Made by a program: the position numbers and the translations under genes. From NCBI GenBank assembly GCA_965261735.1, contig OZ253470.1, positions 4,448,001-4,512,000 on the forward strand: DNA of 64,000 nucleotides. The letters are read 5' to 3'. The stretch comes from Alphaproteobacteria bacterium. GTDB lineage: Bacteria; Pseudomonadota; Alphaproteobacteria; SHVV01. Below, piece after piece: positions 1 through 10,421 of the stretch. Each line of letters begins with the position of its first letter. Position 1 is the first letter of the stretch. The notes under the pieces were generated by a model. It made no database searches, was not told the origin of the DNA, and saw only the letters and a program-made list of their open reading frames with translations.

Positions 1-27
1 GGTGGTATGAACGACTGAGGTAAGACT

Positions 28-673
28 GTGGCTCACAAGAGGGTAACCGTAACCAAGAGTGAAACTGCAACATGCCAGTTGGAGACGGCCATAAAGCTGT
101 TTCTCGAGAATCGCGATTTGATCTCTGCTTACACACTATGCTGTGCCGCAGATGGCATTCTCGAGGGGATTTATAGAAACGAGCGCGACCAAATTCTCAA
201 GAAGCAACTTGATCAATCAATAGCCCCGGGCGGCTTGCGCTTCTCGTGGGGGGGAAGAAGTGGAGATCCGGATCAAACCGGAACATCAGAAAGAGATGTT
301 TCGAGTGCTAAATTCCGCGCAAAACTTTTTCAAGCATGCTGACAAGGATCACGACAGTTCCTACCAATTTCCAGATTGGGAGCTGACTGGAGTGCGGCTC
401 ATTACGACGGTTATGAACTACAATTTAGTGTTTCGAGAAATCACCCCGGCAATGAACTTGTATTTCACTCTGTATGCGATCGTAAACCCCGGTCTGTTGG
501 CGGAAGGGAATCCGCTACTGGATGTAATGGCATCCATGCCCGATATCAAAGCAATGTCGAAATGCCTGTCGCGTGAAGATATAGCCGCAATAGGGTATTC
601 CACTCTCAAGTCCATCTGCCCAAAGCTGTTCGAGCAACCTGCCATCGTTAGCGGCAATTGGCCGCAACTATAG
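28..673 (+). pseudogene. Conserved hypothetical protein (possibly HEPN-like), split by a one-base frameshift in a G7 run
   Basis: ORFs 28-342 and 260-673 join into one frame (FSWGEEVEIRIK) if one G of 248-254 is removed; QLETAIKLF and LNSAQNFFKHAD motifs. Confidence 0.6.
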
Positions 674-779
674 AGTTGGACAAATTTTAAGGCTTATCCC
701 TTTGCTTCCGGTCTAGCGAAAAATGCATAAACGGAAGCGACAGGTGGGCGCGGTTGCCAGTTATAGCTGCCGACGAGCC

Positions 780-891
780 CGTCGCAATTCCAGAGCATGA
801 AGAACTCGGTGGCGGCGGGGGTGCACGTTGCGGTGGTGACGACGAGACGATCGCCACCGCGCATCTCGGGCTCCATGGACTTACCGCGCAC
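780..891 (-). pseudogene. S24 (LexA/CI-type) peptidase domain remnant
   Basis: RGKSMEPEMRGGDRLVV resembles the S24 GxSMxP motif; short and degenerate. Confidence 0.5.
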
Positions 892-1493
892 CTTGAGATT
901 GCATAGCGCCTCGGGGTAGCCGTCATCCTTGTGGCGGGATTCTGCCTTCGAAGATGCTCCGACGGGCCTTGGCCTTGCGCGAGATTAGGGAAGGGGAACG
1001 GTTCGCGGGTAGCGCAAGGTACCGTATGAAAGACTGCGAGATGGCTGGGATTGCGATTTGCGCCCAATTGAAGGGAGGTCGCCGGAGAGCACCCTGCCAG
1101 AGACTTTCTCAAGCCGCGGCACCGGCTCAATCCGAATCGGTCCGTCGTCAATTCATAGCGGCTCCGGATAGAACCCGAACGCCTTCTTGGTCTTGCTCAG
1201 GAATTTCACCGCGTCTCGCAATAACTCAGTGGCCTGCGCCGACGCCACTCGTTTCAGAATGAAGACGTACCCGCGGGCAGGGCATTCCGGTTTCTTACTC
1301 TTCGTCAGCGCTTCCCCGACGAGAAGGCCCAACGGAATTTCTCCAGTCGGGGAGACACGTCGTCCGCGCCGGCTCCCTCAATGACTCAACACTCTGAAAC
1401 GGCGCAATCCCGCCGCGCTCCTTTCACTGTTCAAGTGCACAACGACGTGACACAATGTCGGAAGATCCAACCTAATGACCGGCGTTTAGTCAC

Positions 1494-2120
1494 ATGATGC
1501 CCGCAGCCACGACATCGCAGAGGAATCGTGCCATCACTCTTCTCAAGGCGCGCGGCCCCATGCGTCGCATCGAGCTCAGCGACGCCGGGGTCCACCCGGA
1601 AACGCTCGCGCGCATGCTTGAGGACCGCATCCTGACCCGCGTCACCCGCGGGCTCTACCAGCTCGCCGATGCCGAAGTCACGGCACCGCATGATCTCGCC
1701 GAGGTTGCCAAGCTTGTACCTAAAGGAGTCATCTGCCTCGTCTCCGCCCTTCAGTTCCACGACCTTATGCTCCAGACACCGGGCCGCGTATGGCTCGCCA
1801 TAGGTCCGAAAGCGCGAAAGCCCAAGATCGACTATCCCCCAACCCGAATAGTGCGGTTCGGACCGCGATCGCTTTCCCTCGGCGTGCAAACCCACACTGT
1901 AGACGGCGTCTCGGTGCCTATTTTCGATCCAGCCAAGACAGTCGTCGATTGCTTTCGATTCAGGCAGCACGTCGGTCTCGATATCGCGCTCGAAGGTCTC
2001 CACAATGTCATGAGGTCCGGCAAGGTCAAACCGGCGCAGATCGTTGACTACGCCCGCGATATCCGCATCTGGTCCGTTTTGCGGCCCTATCTGGAAACCG
2101 TGGTCGCCAATGGTGCGTGA
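1494..2120 (+). CDS. abiEi: Type IV toxin-antitoxin AbiEi-family antitoxin / transcriptional regulator
   Basis: N-terminal wHTH (RVTRGLYQL), GVICLVSALQFHDL, KTVVDCFRFR; overlaps the start of an AbiEii-like gene. Confidence 0.88.
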   Translation: MMPAATTSQRNRAITLLKARGPMRRIELSDAGVHPETLARMLEDRILTRVTRGLYQLADAEVTAPHDLAEVAKLVPKGVICLVSALQFHDLMLQTPGRVWLAIGPKARKPKIDYPPTRIVRFGPRSLSLGVQTHTVDGVSVPIFDPAKTVVDCFRFRQHVGLDIALEGLHNVMRSGKVKPAQIVDYARDIRIWSVLRPYLETVVANGA

Positions 2121-2250
2121 ACCGAGGAATGTCGCCGCTTCTGTGCGTGCGCGGCTGCAAAACCTCGCCAGGGAGCAACAGGCCAATTTCCAGCGCGTGC
2201 TTACCCGATATGCCCTTGAGCGGCTTCTCTTCCGACTGAGCGTCTCGCGG
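2110..2250 (+). pseudogene. abiEii: AbiEii nucleotidyltransferase toxin, N-terminal ~46 codons only, cut off by IS1595 sequence
   Basis: MVREPRNVAASVRARLQNLAREQQANFQRVLTRYALERLLFRLS is a typical AbiEii start; the LKG catalytic motif is absent. Confidence 0.85.
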
Positions 2251-2690
2251 CAGGTATTGCTCGGCAACCTCTGGATCACCACACTCGGCAACAGCGAAGT
2301 GCTCATAGCCGCGCTTACCGAGGCCAGCATAGCCGCTCCAATCGTCAGTAACGATCAGCGATCGCGGCGCGACGGTGCTCTCGACGAACCCACAGAGCGA
2401 CTCGGCGCTACGGTCGAGCACGACGGCGAGCCGAACGCGTCCGGCATAGCGTCCGTCTTTCCGGTTGTCGAGCTTGGTGCCCGGCTTTCGATGACGCACC
2501 TCGATGGCACAGGAGACGGGAACCTTGTGGTGAACACCACGGCCTTCCCCACGCGTTCGCCCGCCAACCCAGGTTTCGTCCACCTCAACATGGTTCTTGG
2601 GCTGTCCACCGATCCTGTCTTGGTTGGGCCGCACCATGCCCGAGCGGAGCTTGTGGAGAATTTGAAAGGCCGTCTCGTAGCGCGAAAGAC

Positions 2691-4084
2691 GGCTGTGTCT
2701 CGAAAGTGGTGGAAATTTGAGGATGGCGTAATCTCCGGGTGACAAGACAACCACCCAATCGGCGGCTAGCACCGCCAAGGAGATCACGCCATGAAGAACA
2801 CTACCGAGACTTCCGCGCTTTCGCTACTGGCCAATGACGCCGGCTATGATCCGCTCGAGGACCGGCTGCGGGAGAACATCAGATCCACGATCGAGGCCGT
2901 TTTTGAGGAGGAACTTGCGCAGTTTCTCGGGCGCTGCCGATACGGTCGAGAGGACGCGCTTCGGCAAGGGTATCGGAACGGGCACCGGGAGCGGCAACTG
3001 ACGGGGACATTCGGGACCGAGAGGGTGAGCGTGCCGCGTGCGCGGATCGTTGAGGAAGACGGTCGGGCGTCGGAATGGCGTTCGCGGGCGCTGCCGCGCT
3101 ACCAGCGGCTGACCAGAAAGGCCGAGGCGCTGATCGCTTCGGTGTATCTGTCCGGAACCAACACGCGGCGGGTGAAACGCGCGCTGTTCGGGCTCTTCCG
3201 GGGTGCTGTGAGCAAGGACGTTGTGAGCCGGGCGTGGCGCAAGGTGAAGGTCGATTGGGACGCCTGGTGCAGCCGTGGCCTCGCGGATGAGGATATCGTT
3301 CGGCTGATCCTTGACGGCACTGTGATCAAGACCCGACTGGACCGCAAGGCCACCAACATCTCGGTTCTCGCGGCTATAGGGGTGCGCCGGGATGGCCAGA
3401 AGGTCTTGCTTTCGATCGGGAATATGGGCGGAGAAAGCCAGGCGGCGTGGCGCCAGTTCCTCGACGACCTTGATGCGCGTGGACTGAAACGGCCCGGGTT
3501 TGTCATCGTCGATGGCGCGCCGGGACTGGAGGCGGCTCTGTCGGCGCTTTGGGGCGATGACCTTCCCGTTCAACGCTGCACCGTGCACAAGCACCGCAAC
3601 CTTCTGGGTCATGCTCCCAAACACATGCATGACGAGCTGAGCGAAGATTACCGCGATATGATCTATGCCGACACTGCCTCCGAGGTGGAAACCCGCCGCA
3701 AGGCGTTTGTCCGCAAGTGGCGGCTGAAATGCAGGGCCGTCGCGGACAGCCTCGCAGAAGCGGGCGACAAGCTCTTTACCTTCACGCGCCTGTCCAAGAG
3801 CCAATGGAAATCAGCCCGAACGACCAACGCCATTGAGCGTCTCAACGAGGAGTTCAAGCGCCGGATCAAAACACAGACCGTGCTGCCGTGTCCCGAAACA
3901 GTGCCGATGCTCCTCTGGGCACTCCTCGCTTCCGGCCAAATCCAGATGCGCAAAGTCGATGGATGGGAAACCCTCGATCAGCTAATCGCCGACGAAACCC
4001 TTGACCGCGCAGCCTGACCGCCGCAAAACTCAACCCGCTCGGAGAGGCGCCAAAACCAATTTCCACCACTTTCGAGACACAACC
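2691..4084 (+). mobile_element. Complete IS256-family element
   Basis: Terminal inverted repeats GG(C/T)TGTGTCTCGAAAGTGGTGGAAATT; 8-bp target duplication CGAAAGAC at 2683-2690 and 4085-4092. Confidence 0.95.
2791..4017 (+). CDS. IS256 (Mutator-type) transposase
   Basis: GYRNGHRER, LILDG, VIVDGAPGL, QRCTVHK, TTNAIERLNEE; RBS AGGAG upstream. Confidence 0.95.
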   Translation: MKNTTETSALSLLANDAGYDPLEDRLRENIRSTIEAVFEEELAQFLGRCRYGREDALRQGYRNGHRERQLTGTFGTERVSVPRARIVEEDGRASEWRSRALPRYQRLTRKAEALIASVYLSGTNTRRVKRALFGLFRGAVSKDVVSRAWRKVKVDWDAWCSRGLADEDIVRLILDGTVIKTRLDRKATNISVLAAIGVRRDGQKVLLSIGNMGGESQAAWRQFLDDLDARGLKRPGFVIVDGAPGLEAALSALWGDDLPVQRCTVHKHRNLLGHAPKHMHDELSEDYRDMIYADTASEVETRRKAFVRKWRLKCRAVADSLAEAGDKLFTFTRLSKSQWKSARTTNAIERLNEEFKRRIKTQTVLPCPETVPMLLWALLASGQIQMRKVDGWETLDQLIADETLDRAA

Positions 4085-4502
4085 CGAAAGACCAAGTTGC
4101 CGCTGAAACTGCACGGCGGACATGCCGGGCGTCTGACTGGCGACCAGATAAGCGGCCCAGAACCAGACGTTCAGCGGAGTGTGGCTACGCTCCATCACTG
4201 TTCCCACCGTCAGCCCGGTGTTCTGGCGGCACTTGCGGCAGCGCAGGACGCCAGGGCGGTTTTCAAAGTGGAACGGCTCTCCCGCCGTGCCGCAGTGCGG
4301 GCAGGCAAAGCCGTCTCCCCAGCGGGCTTTCTCCAGGTAGGCGGCGCAGGCCGCATCATCGGGGAAAAGTCGCTGGAACTCGGGTAGCGAATGCGGGAAT
4401 GGGAGATCGGCGCGGTCGAGAACATCCATGGCGCGCTCCCCTACATCCGGGTTGCGCCCATTCTAGCCCTAGTGGGTGTGGGTGTAAACAGGATAGGCAA
4501 GG

Positions 4503-4948
4503 TCCGTTGGTCCGTTGTTTGGCGGCGAGATCAAGCGGCGGCGGGTCGACCTGCGCAACTGGTCGAACTGGCGCTGGCATCTTGATGAGGTGTCCGTCCG
4601 CATCAACGGCGAGCCACATTATCTATGGCGCTCGGTTGATCACGAAGGAGAGGTGCTCGAGGTCTTGCCACGAAACGGCGGGATCGCAGGGCTGCGCACA
4701 AGTTCCTGAGGCGCGCCATGAAACGTTATGGCCGGCTACAGTCCATCGTCACGGACAGGCTTCGGTTATATCGGGCGGCGTTGAAGGTGATCGGCAACGA
4801 GGTTTGTCAAGAGACCGGGCGTTGGCTCAACAATCGGGCCGAGAACTCGCACCAGCCGTTCAGACGACGAGAACGCGCAACGGCCAAATTCAGGGACGCA
4901 AAGACCCTGCAGAAATTCATTGCTGTCCATACCTCGATCCACAACCAA
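4503..4948 (+). pseudogene. IS6-family transposase internal fragment (frameshifted)
   Basis: RWHLDEV, LWRSVDHEGEVLE, IVTDRL, NNRAENSHQPFRRRER. Confidence 0.9.
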
Positions 4949-6274
4949 GACCGCCTGACCCGGTCCTTGGCCGACTTCGCACGCATGATCGAGATCTTCG
5001 ATCGCCGCCGGGTCAGCTTCGTCAGCGTCACCCAGGCCTTCAACACCACGACCAGCATGGGCCGCCTGACACTGAACGTGCTCTTGTCCTTCGCCCAGTT
5101 CGAGCGCGAGGTGACGGGCGAGCGCATCCGCGACAAGATCGCGGCCTCCAAGGCCAAGGGCATGTGGATGGGCGGCACTGTGCCGCTTGGCTACGACCCG
5201 CCTGGGGATGGCACGCGCGCCCTGGCGGTCAACCAGGAGGAGGCCGAGATCGTGCGCACCATCTTCCGAGCCTATATCGACCTCGGCTCGGTGCACGCGC
5301 TGCAGCGATGGCTTGAGGACCGGGGCATCCGTTCGAAGCGGCGGGTGACGCGGGCGGGTCGACTATCCGGCGGCCGACCGTTCAGCCGCGGCGCGCTCTT
5401 TCAACTGCTGCGCAACAGAGTCTATCGCGGCCTGATCGTCCACAAGGGGAGGGTGCATCCGGGCCGGCACCAGGCCATCATCGATGCCGATCTCTTCGAG
5501 GCTGTCCAGGCGCGCCTCGATGCGAACACTCGCCGTCGCGCATCGAAGCTGGAGCAGAAGTTGAATGCCCCTCTGGCCGGGCGCCTCTTCGATGCGGATG
5601 GTCGGCCGATGTCGCCGACCTTCTCCCACGGGAGAGGCGGCAAGCTCTATCGCTACTACGTCTCGGCACCGCTTCAGCAAGGTGCAAGGCGCGATCCGTC
5701 CGACACAGCCATCCGGCGTATCTCCGCACCATCGCTCGAAGTCGCCCTCGCGGCTGCGCTGCGTCGCGTGATCCCGGGATGTCCGGTTGATCCCATCACG
5801 CTTGTTGTCCGCGCCGAGCTCCACGATCAGTCGCTGCACTGCTTGCTGCCGATCGACCGGGTCGTCGCGATGCGCGAGCGCCTCGAGCCCCACGAACGGG
5901 TCGAGCCGGATCCAGTGGATGCGCGCCTCGCCAGGCTGCATCTGCCCCTGGTCCGGCGTCGCGGTCAGACCTGGGTTCTTAAGGGCCAAAGTCCGGGACA
6001 CATGCCGGACCCGGTTCTGGTCAGGGCGCTCCGCTCCGCTCACGCCATGCTGCACTATGACGATGACGGGCTGCCGGCACTCACTGCAGTACCCGATACG
6101 CCCCATCGACGCCGGCTCGTCCGCCTGGCCTTTCTGGCGCCAGAGATCCAGCGGGCGATCGTTGAAGGTCGCCAATCCGCAGGCCTGACACTGTCACGGC
6201 TCCTCAAGGGCCCGATGCCGCTCGACTGGTCGCAGCAAGCCGCCCGCTTCCCGTTTGCGGCATCGCCGGAATAG
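4949..6274 (+). pseudogene. Large serine recombinase lacking its catalytic N-terminus, fused in frame to the IS6 fragment (ORF 4718-6274)
   Basis: DRLTRSL..SFVSVTQAFNTTTSMGRLTLNVLLSFAQFEREVTGERIRDK; paralog of 48031-49776. Confidence 0.9.
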
Positions 6275-6464
6275 GGATCGGCACGGGAAAGTTTGTAAGG
6301 CATTGATATTACGGGAGGCTCTCGGTTTATTGGTTGGAAAACCCGCAATATTCTCCCTGTTTTGAGGCCGAAATCGCAAAAATTCCCTGTTTCCGCCAAA
6401 CTCACCCTTGCATCGCGCTCGCGGAGACCGCACACCGCGAAGCCCGGTAATTGCCGGAAATGCT

Positions 6465-6782
6465 CCCGCGTTCAGGAGCTGCGAATTCCGATTGACCGCG
6501 AAACAGGCCCTGTTTTCCGTGGGTTGGCCGCGCCATGCGATGAAGAGACTGCCTCGCCGGGGTGGCTGGCTGTGCAGGCAGTCTCCCGCGAACTCGTCTC
6601 TGAGGCCAATTCCCTGCTTAACAGGGAAAATACAGGGAAATTTTCTCTTTTGCAGGGATTCAGAAGCTTTCCTGTGTTTAAAACATGGCAGAAACGCTAG
6701 TGTTTTCGGTCCAATTCCCTAAACCATGTAACAGGGAATTTATTTGAACGAACAGGGATTTTGTTCGGGAGAACAGGGAATT
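6465..6782. repeat. Recombinase-associated att-like site with phased ACAGGGA repeats (copy 1)
   Basis: 6465-6570 matches 46826-46931; 6567-6640 matches 49892-49964; ACAGGGA at 6621, 6632, 6731, 6752, 6773. Confidence 0.8.
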
Positions 6783-6992
6783 CTACTGGTCCACGGCGGC
6801 AGCCGAAACATGACCGCGCCCGGCGCCGGCGCCGGGTCGATGTGGTTCATGAGTTGGCGGGAGCCTGAGGCCGCTTGGTTGTGGGTCTTGCAGGTCCGAC
6901 CCAGTTAGTCTGATGGTATGGACGCCCCCTACGGCTTCACGATGAGCCATACTGGAGTGTGTTGAACAACCCAGACAGAGGGAGCGTCCACG

Positions 6993-8012
6993 ATGGATAT
7001 TACGACAATTGGGTTTGATCTGGCAAAGACGGTGTTCCAGGTTCACGGTGCTGATGGTGAGGGACGACCGGTACTACGGCGGAAGCTGCGCCGCGGGAAG
7101 GTGCTGGCGTTCTTCGCCGGATTGCCATCCTGTCTTGTCGGTATGGAAGCCTGTGCCTCTGCGCACTATTGGGCTCGGGAACTGCAAGCACACGGGCACA
7201 AAGTTCAGCTGATTCCGCCTCAATACGTTCGTCCCTTCGTCAAAACGAATAAGAACGACGCAGCGGATGCGGAAGCGATCTGTGAGGCAGTGACGCGTCC
7301 GACGATGCGCTTTGCACCGGCGAAAAGCGCCGAGCAGCAGTCGGTTCTGATGCTGCACCGGGCCCGAGAGCTGTTGGTCCGTCAACGCACGATGGTGATC
7401 AATGCGCTGCGCGGCCACTGTGCGGAGTTCGGACTGATCGTCGCTCAGGGGGCGTCGAAGGTGGAGGAACTGGTTGCCATTATCGAAGATCCCGGCGATG
7501 TGCGACTGCCGCCTCTGGCACGCGAGGCGCTTGGCTCTCTGGTTGAGCAGCTCCGCTCTGCTCAGGCCCGGATCAAGCAGCTGGAAGTGACGCTTTTGGC
7601 ATGGCACCGCTCCAACGAGGCGAACCGCCGTCTTGCGACGATCCCCGGCGTCGGTGTCATCACCGCGACGGCGCTGGTCGCGACGATCGGAGATGGCGCG
7701 CAGTTTCGCTCGGGCCGGCAGCTCTCGGCCTGGCTCGGTCTCGTGCCCCGACAACACTCGAGTGGCGGCAAGGACAGGCTGGGGCGGATCTCGAAGCGCG
7801 GGGATGGCTATATCAGGCGCTTGCTCGTGCATGGTGCGCGAAGCGTGCTGCGCTGGCGCCGCGCCAAGCCGGGCACGGGGCCTGGCTGGACCGACCGGCT
7901 CCTGGCGCGGCGGCCGACAAACGTCGTGCTGGTCGCCATGGCCAATAAGACAGCCCGCGTCGCCTGGGCACTGCTCAGATACGAGCGTATCTACCGACCG
8001 ACGCCCGCCTGA
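6993..8012 (+). CDS. IS110-family DEDD recombinase/transposase
   Basis: IGFDLAK, GMEAC, KNDAADA, WLGLVPRQHSSGGK. Confidence 0.95.
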   Translation: MDITTIGFDLAKTVFQVHGADGEGRPVLRRKLRRGKVLAFFAGLPSCLVGMEACASAHYWARELQAHGHKVQLIPPQYVRPFVKTNKNDAADAEAICEAVTRPTMRFAPAKSAEQQSVLMLHRARELLVRQRTMVINALRGHCAEFGLIVAQGASKVEELVAIIEDPGDVRLPPLAREALGSLVEQLRSAQARIKQLEVTLLAWHRSNEANRRLATIPGVGVITATALVATIGDGAQFRSGRQLSAWLGLVPRQHSSGGKDRLGRISKRGDGYIRRLLVHGARSVLRWRRAKPGTGPGWTDRLLARRPTNVVLVAMANKTARVAWALLRYERIYRPTPA

Positions 8013-8180
8013 CCAGCTGGAAAGCGGATACAAACTTAAGAAGGTAACGACGATTTGATGGCGAAACAGGGCTCCACCCGAGATCGGCCAAACCCGAGGC
8101 ATTGTCAGAGCTTTGAGCTCGTTAATCTGACTGGGCGTCGATCTTTCGGATTCCATCAAGGCCAGCGGTCAGCGTACCGC
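8013..8180 (+). ncRNA. Putative bridge/seek RNA of the IS1111-type element (3'-truncated)
   Basis: Stem GATCGGC/GTCGATC enclosing hairpin GAGCT-TTG-AGCTC; adjacent GTTAATCTGA (8121-8130) matches the left flank GTTAGTCTGA (6904-6913). Confidence 0.65.
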
Positions 8181-8384
8181 AGAGAGCGGAACCTTGTGGC
8201 TGGTTATGGTGCCGTTTACGGTTTCCTTGCTCATCTATGAGGGCTTCTTGCTGATCCGCGGAGCCAAATAAGGACTTGTCTAGTCATGTATATAAGCCCC
8301 AAATTAAATACCGACCTGGAGGGGAGAGATGACAGAGCCGACGAGGCGGCGATTTTCGCCGGAATATAAGGAACAGTCGTTGCT

Positions 8385-8545
8385 CGGCTGTCGAAGCCGG
8401 GTGCGACGCATGGCAGTGTGGCTGCCGAGCTCGGCGTCACACCAACGCAGTTGAAGGCTCGAGCTTGAGGCCGCGGGCTCGGCCGCGGCGACCGCGGCGC
8501 AGAAAGCCGAGGCCGCTGAACTGGTGCAGCTTCGCCGGGATAATT
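8385..8545 (+). pseudogene. IS3-type OrfA remnant
   Basis: KPGATHGSVAAELGVTPTQLK...AEAAELVQLRRDN across frameshifts. Confidence 0.5.
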
Positions 8546-8687
8546 TCGCGGATGCGGTGCGCCAAATGCCATGCCGTTTTCTGAGTGGTACTCACCTCGC
8601 GGTCAAGATCCTGCTGATTATCATGGATCAGCAGAAATATTTTTGATACCGATTCAAGCCCCGGTCAGCTGATTACGAGGACAACCG

Positions 8688-9254
8688 ATGCTTCTCCGTT
8701 CGAATTTCGTCAGTGAGCCTAGAATAAGTATCGTAGCCGCCGCGATCATAATTGCGTTTATGGCCGCAGCCTTTTCGACAGCCAGCCAAGCGGCCGATTT
8801 GAAGGTTTCTTTCGCCGATGCAGCCTGGGACGGCAAAAAAGTTCCAAAGGGGCAACAATGCAGCAAGTTCGGGGGAAACGGCGCGACACCAGCGCTCAAC
8901 GTTGAGAACATCCCGGCCGGCGCCAATGCGATCATCGTGGAATTCAATGACCGAAGCTATCAGCCGCTTTCCTACGATGGGGGCCACGGCAAGATCGGCT
9001 ATTGGATCGAGGAAGGCTCGACCAGTGCCATGTTGCCTTCAGTTCCAGGCGAGGCGAAGGATTTGCCTGAAGGTTCCTTTGTCGAGAAGCGCAACCGGGC
9101 GACCGGTGACTACGCAAGGCCGGGCTACCTGCCTCCTTGCTCTGGTGGCCGCGGGAACAAGTACTTTGCCGAGGTGAAGGCAGTACAGAAGATCGAAGGC
9201 AAGAAAAAGCCCGAGGTGCTAGCCAAGACGAAGATCCAACTCGGCAGGTACTAG
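8688..9254 (+). CDS. Secreted PEBP-like (YbhB/YbcL-type) protein
   Basis: Signal peptide ending ASQA-A; TPALNVENIPAGANAIIV, YLPPCSGG..Y; start uncertain. Confidence 0.65.
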   Translation: MLLRSNFVSEPRISIVAAAIIIAFMAAAFSTASQAADLKVSFADAAWDGKKVPKGQQCSKFGGNGATPALNVENIPAGANAIIVEFNDRSYQPLSYDGGHGKIGYWIEEGSTSAMLPSVPGEAKDLPEGSFVEKRNRATGDYARPGYLPPCSGGRGNKYFAEVKAVQKIEGKKKPEVLAKTKIQLGRY

Positions 9255-9519
9255 GCGGTTCTCCGCGCCCGGATTGCCGCACTTCAACCACCCGGACCCC
9301 CATGTGAGGGCGCCTCGACCGTCCGCCGGACTGCACCCGCCGGATCGTGTTTCCACGCGGTCATCGGTATGGGGTGCAGGCGCTGACTACGGTTTATGAG
9401 CGGCGAACGAACACTTCACCGCGCGGTCCGTCCGCTTTGCATCCATCGCGCACTCGGCGATGGAGGAGCCGTAGTTGTCCCAGATGTGGCGGCTCCAGCC
9501 GCCGCTCGGGTGGTGGGTC

Positions 9520-9640
9520 GCAGCGCCCAAGCATGACGCGCTTGTTGGGGGCCTTCCTGCCACCGTCGCCGGCGCGGTAGTTGACGATGTAGGACTTACG
9601 GCCCGAGGGATAAACACGGACGCCAAAGCCAGTATGCTCC
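9520..9640 (-). pseudogene. Tyrosine integrase arm-binding domain fragment
   Basis: GFGVRVYPSGRKSYIVNYRAG...KRVMLGR. Confidence 0.75.
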
Positions 9641-9649
9641 GCTCCCGAC

Positions 9650-9812
9650 GTGCTACGGCCCAAGGTCGTAATCGCCGCCTCGTAGGCCGCAAAGTAGCGC
9701 TCGGCATCATTCGCCGTGTGCGCGGCCTCCCCGAGCATGTCGAACGACGCGGCCGCGCGCGCCTGCTTGGCGCGGCCAAGGGCTTCCTCGATCGTGTGGC
9801 CGGAGACGATCC
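9650..9812 (-). pseudogene. putA: PutA proline dehydrogenase internal fragment
   Basis: GHTIEEALGRA...SFDMLGEAAHTANDAERYFAAYEAAI. Confidence 0.75.
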
Positions 9813-10003
9813 GCGAGAAATGTGCGGGGATCACGCCGTCCCGCTCTCCGCCGTCACCCTGGAGCTCGACTGGAAGATCGCGGTCCGGCTCGAAATGGTC
9901 GAGCGCGCAAGGGACATTATCGCGAGTGCGTACATGCTGGACTCCCTGGATCCCGCTCTGCCGACCGTATTGGCCGCCGTCATAGAAGGAAGAGGACTCT
10001 TCG

Positions 10004-10281
10004 AGCGGCACTTGCGGCAGCGCAGGACGCCAGGGCGGTTTTCAAAGTGGAACGGCTCTCCCGCCGTGCCGCAGTGCGGGCAGGCAAAGCCGTCTCCCCA
10101 GCGGGCTTTCTCCAGGTAGGCGGCGCAGGCCGCATCATCGGGGAAAAGTCGCTGGAACTCGGGTAGCGAATGCGGGAATGGGAGATCGGCGCGGTCGAGA
10201 ACATCCATGGCGCGCTCCCCTATATCCGGTTTGCGCCCATTCTAGCCCTAGTGGGTGTGGGTGTAAACCGGATAGGCAAGG
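10004..10281 (-). mobile_element. IS1595-family 5' fragment
   Basis: Near-identical to 4225-4502. Confidence 0.9.
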
Positions 10282-10323
10282 ATGGAACAAGTATCATGAA
10301 CCGAGAGCGGCAGGGACAAATGG

Positions 10324-10415
10324 ATGGCAGATCAGCAACCTGACCTCAAATGGAGCGTCGAACGCCGCTTCGAATTCATCAAGTTCCGGCTCTGTTGGGA
10401 AGGCCGCGTGAACCG
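10324..10415 (+). pseudogene. WYL-domain (CapW/BrxR-like) regulator, N-terminal ~31 codons only
   Basis: MADQQPDLKWSVERRFEFIKFRLCWEGRVNR resembles the CapW-type wHTH start. Confidence 0.7.
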
Positions 10416-10421
10416 TGGAGT

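Larger units (their letters stand above)
2248..4502 (-). mobile_element. IS1595-family element, 3'-truncated and interrupted by IS256
   Basis: Zn ribbon CPHCG..CRKC, VEVDETWVGG, TDDWSGY; near-identical to copies at 10004-10281 and 39117-40070; shared end CCTTGCCTATCC. Confidence 0.9.
6911..8180 (+). mobile_element. IS110 family (IS1111 group) element, right end missing
   Basis: Sub-terminal IR ATGGACGCCCC at 6918; transposase; downstream non-coding region breaks off near 8180. Confidence 0.88.

Noticed and set aside
6611-6782. ACAGGGA repeats as a CRISPR array
   Set aside because: Repeats are 8-9 bp with ~13-bp spacers and occur in both orientations; no cas genes in the window
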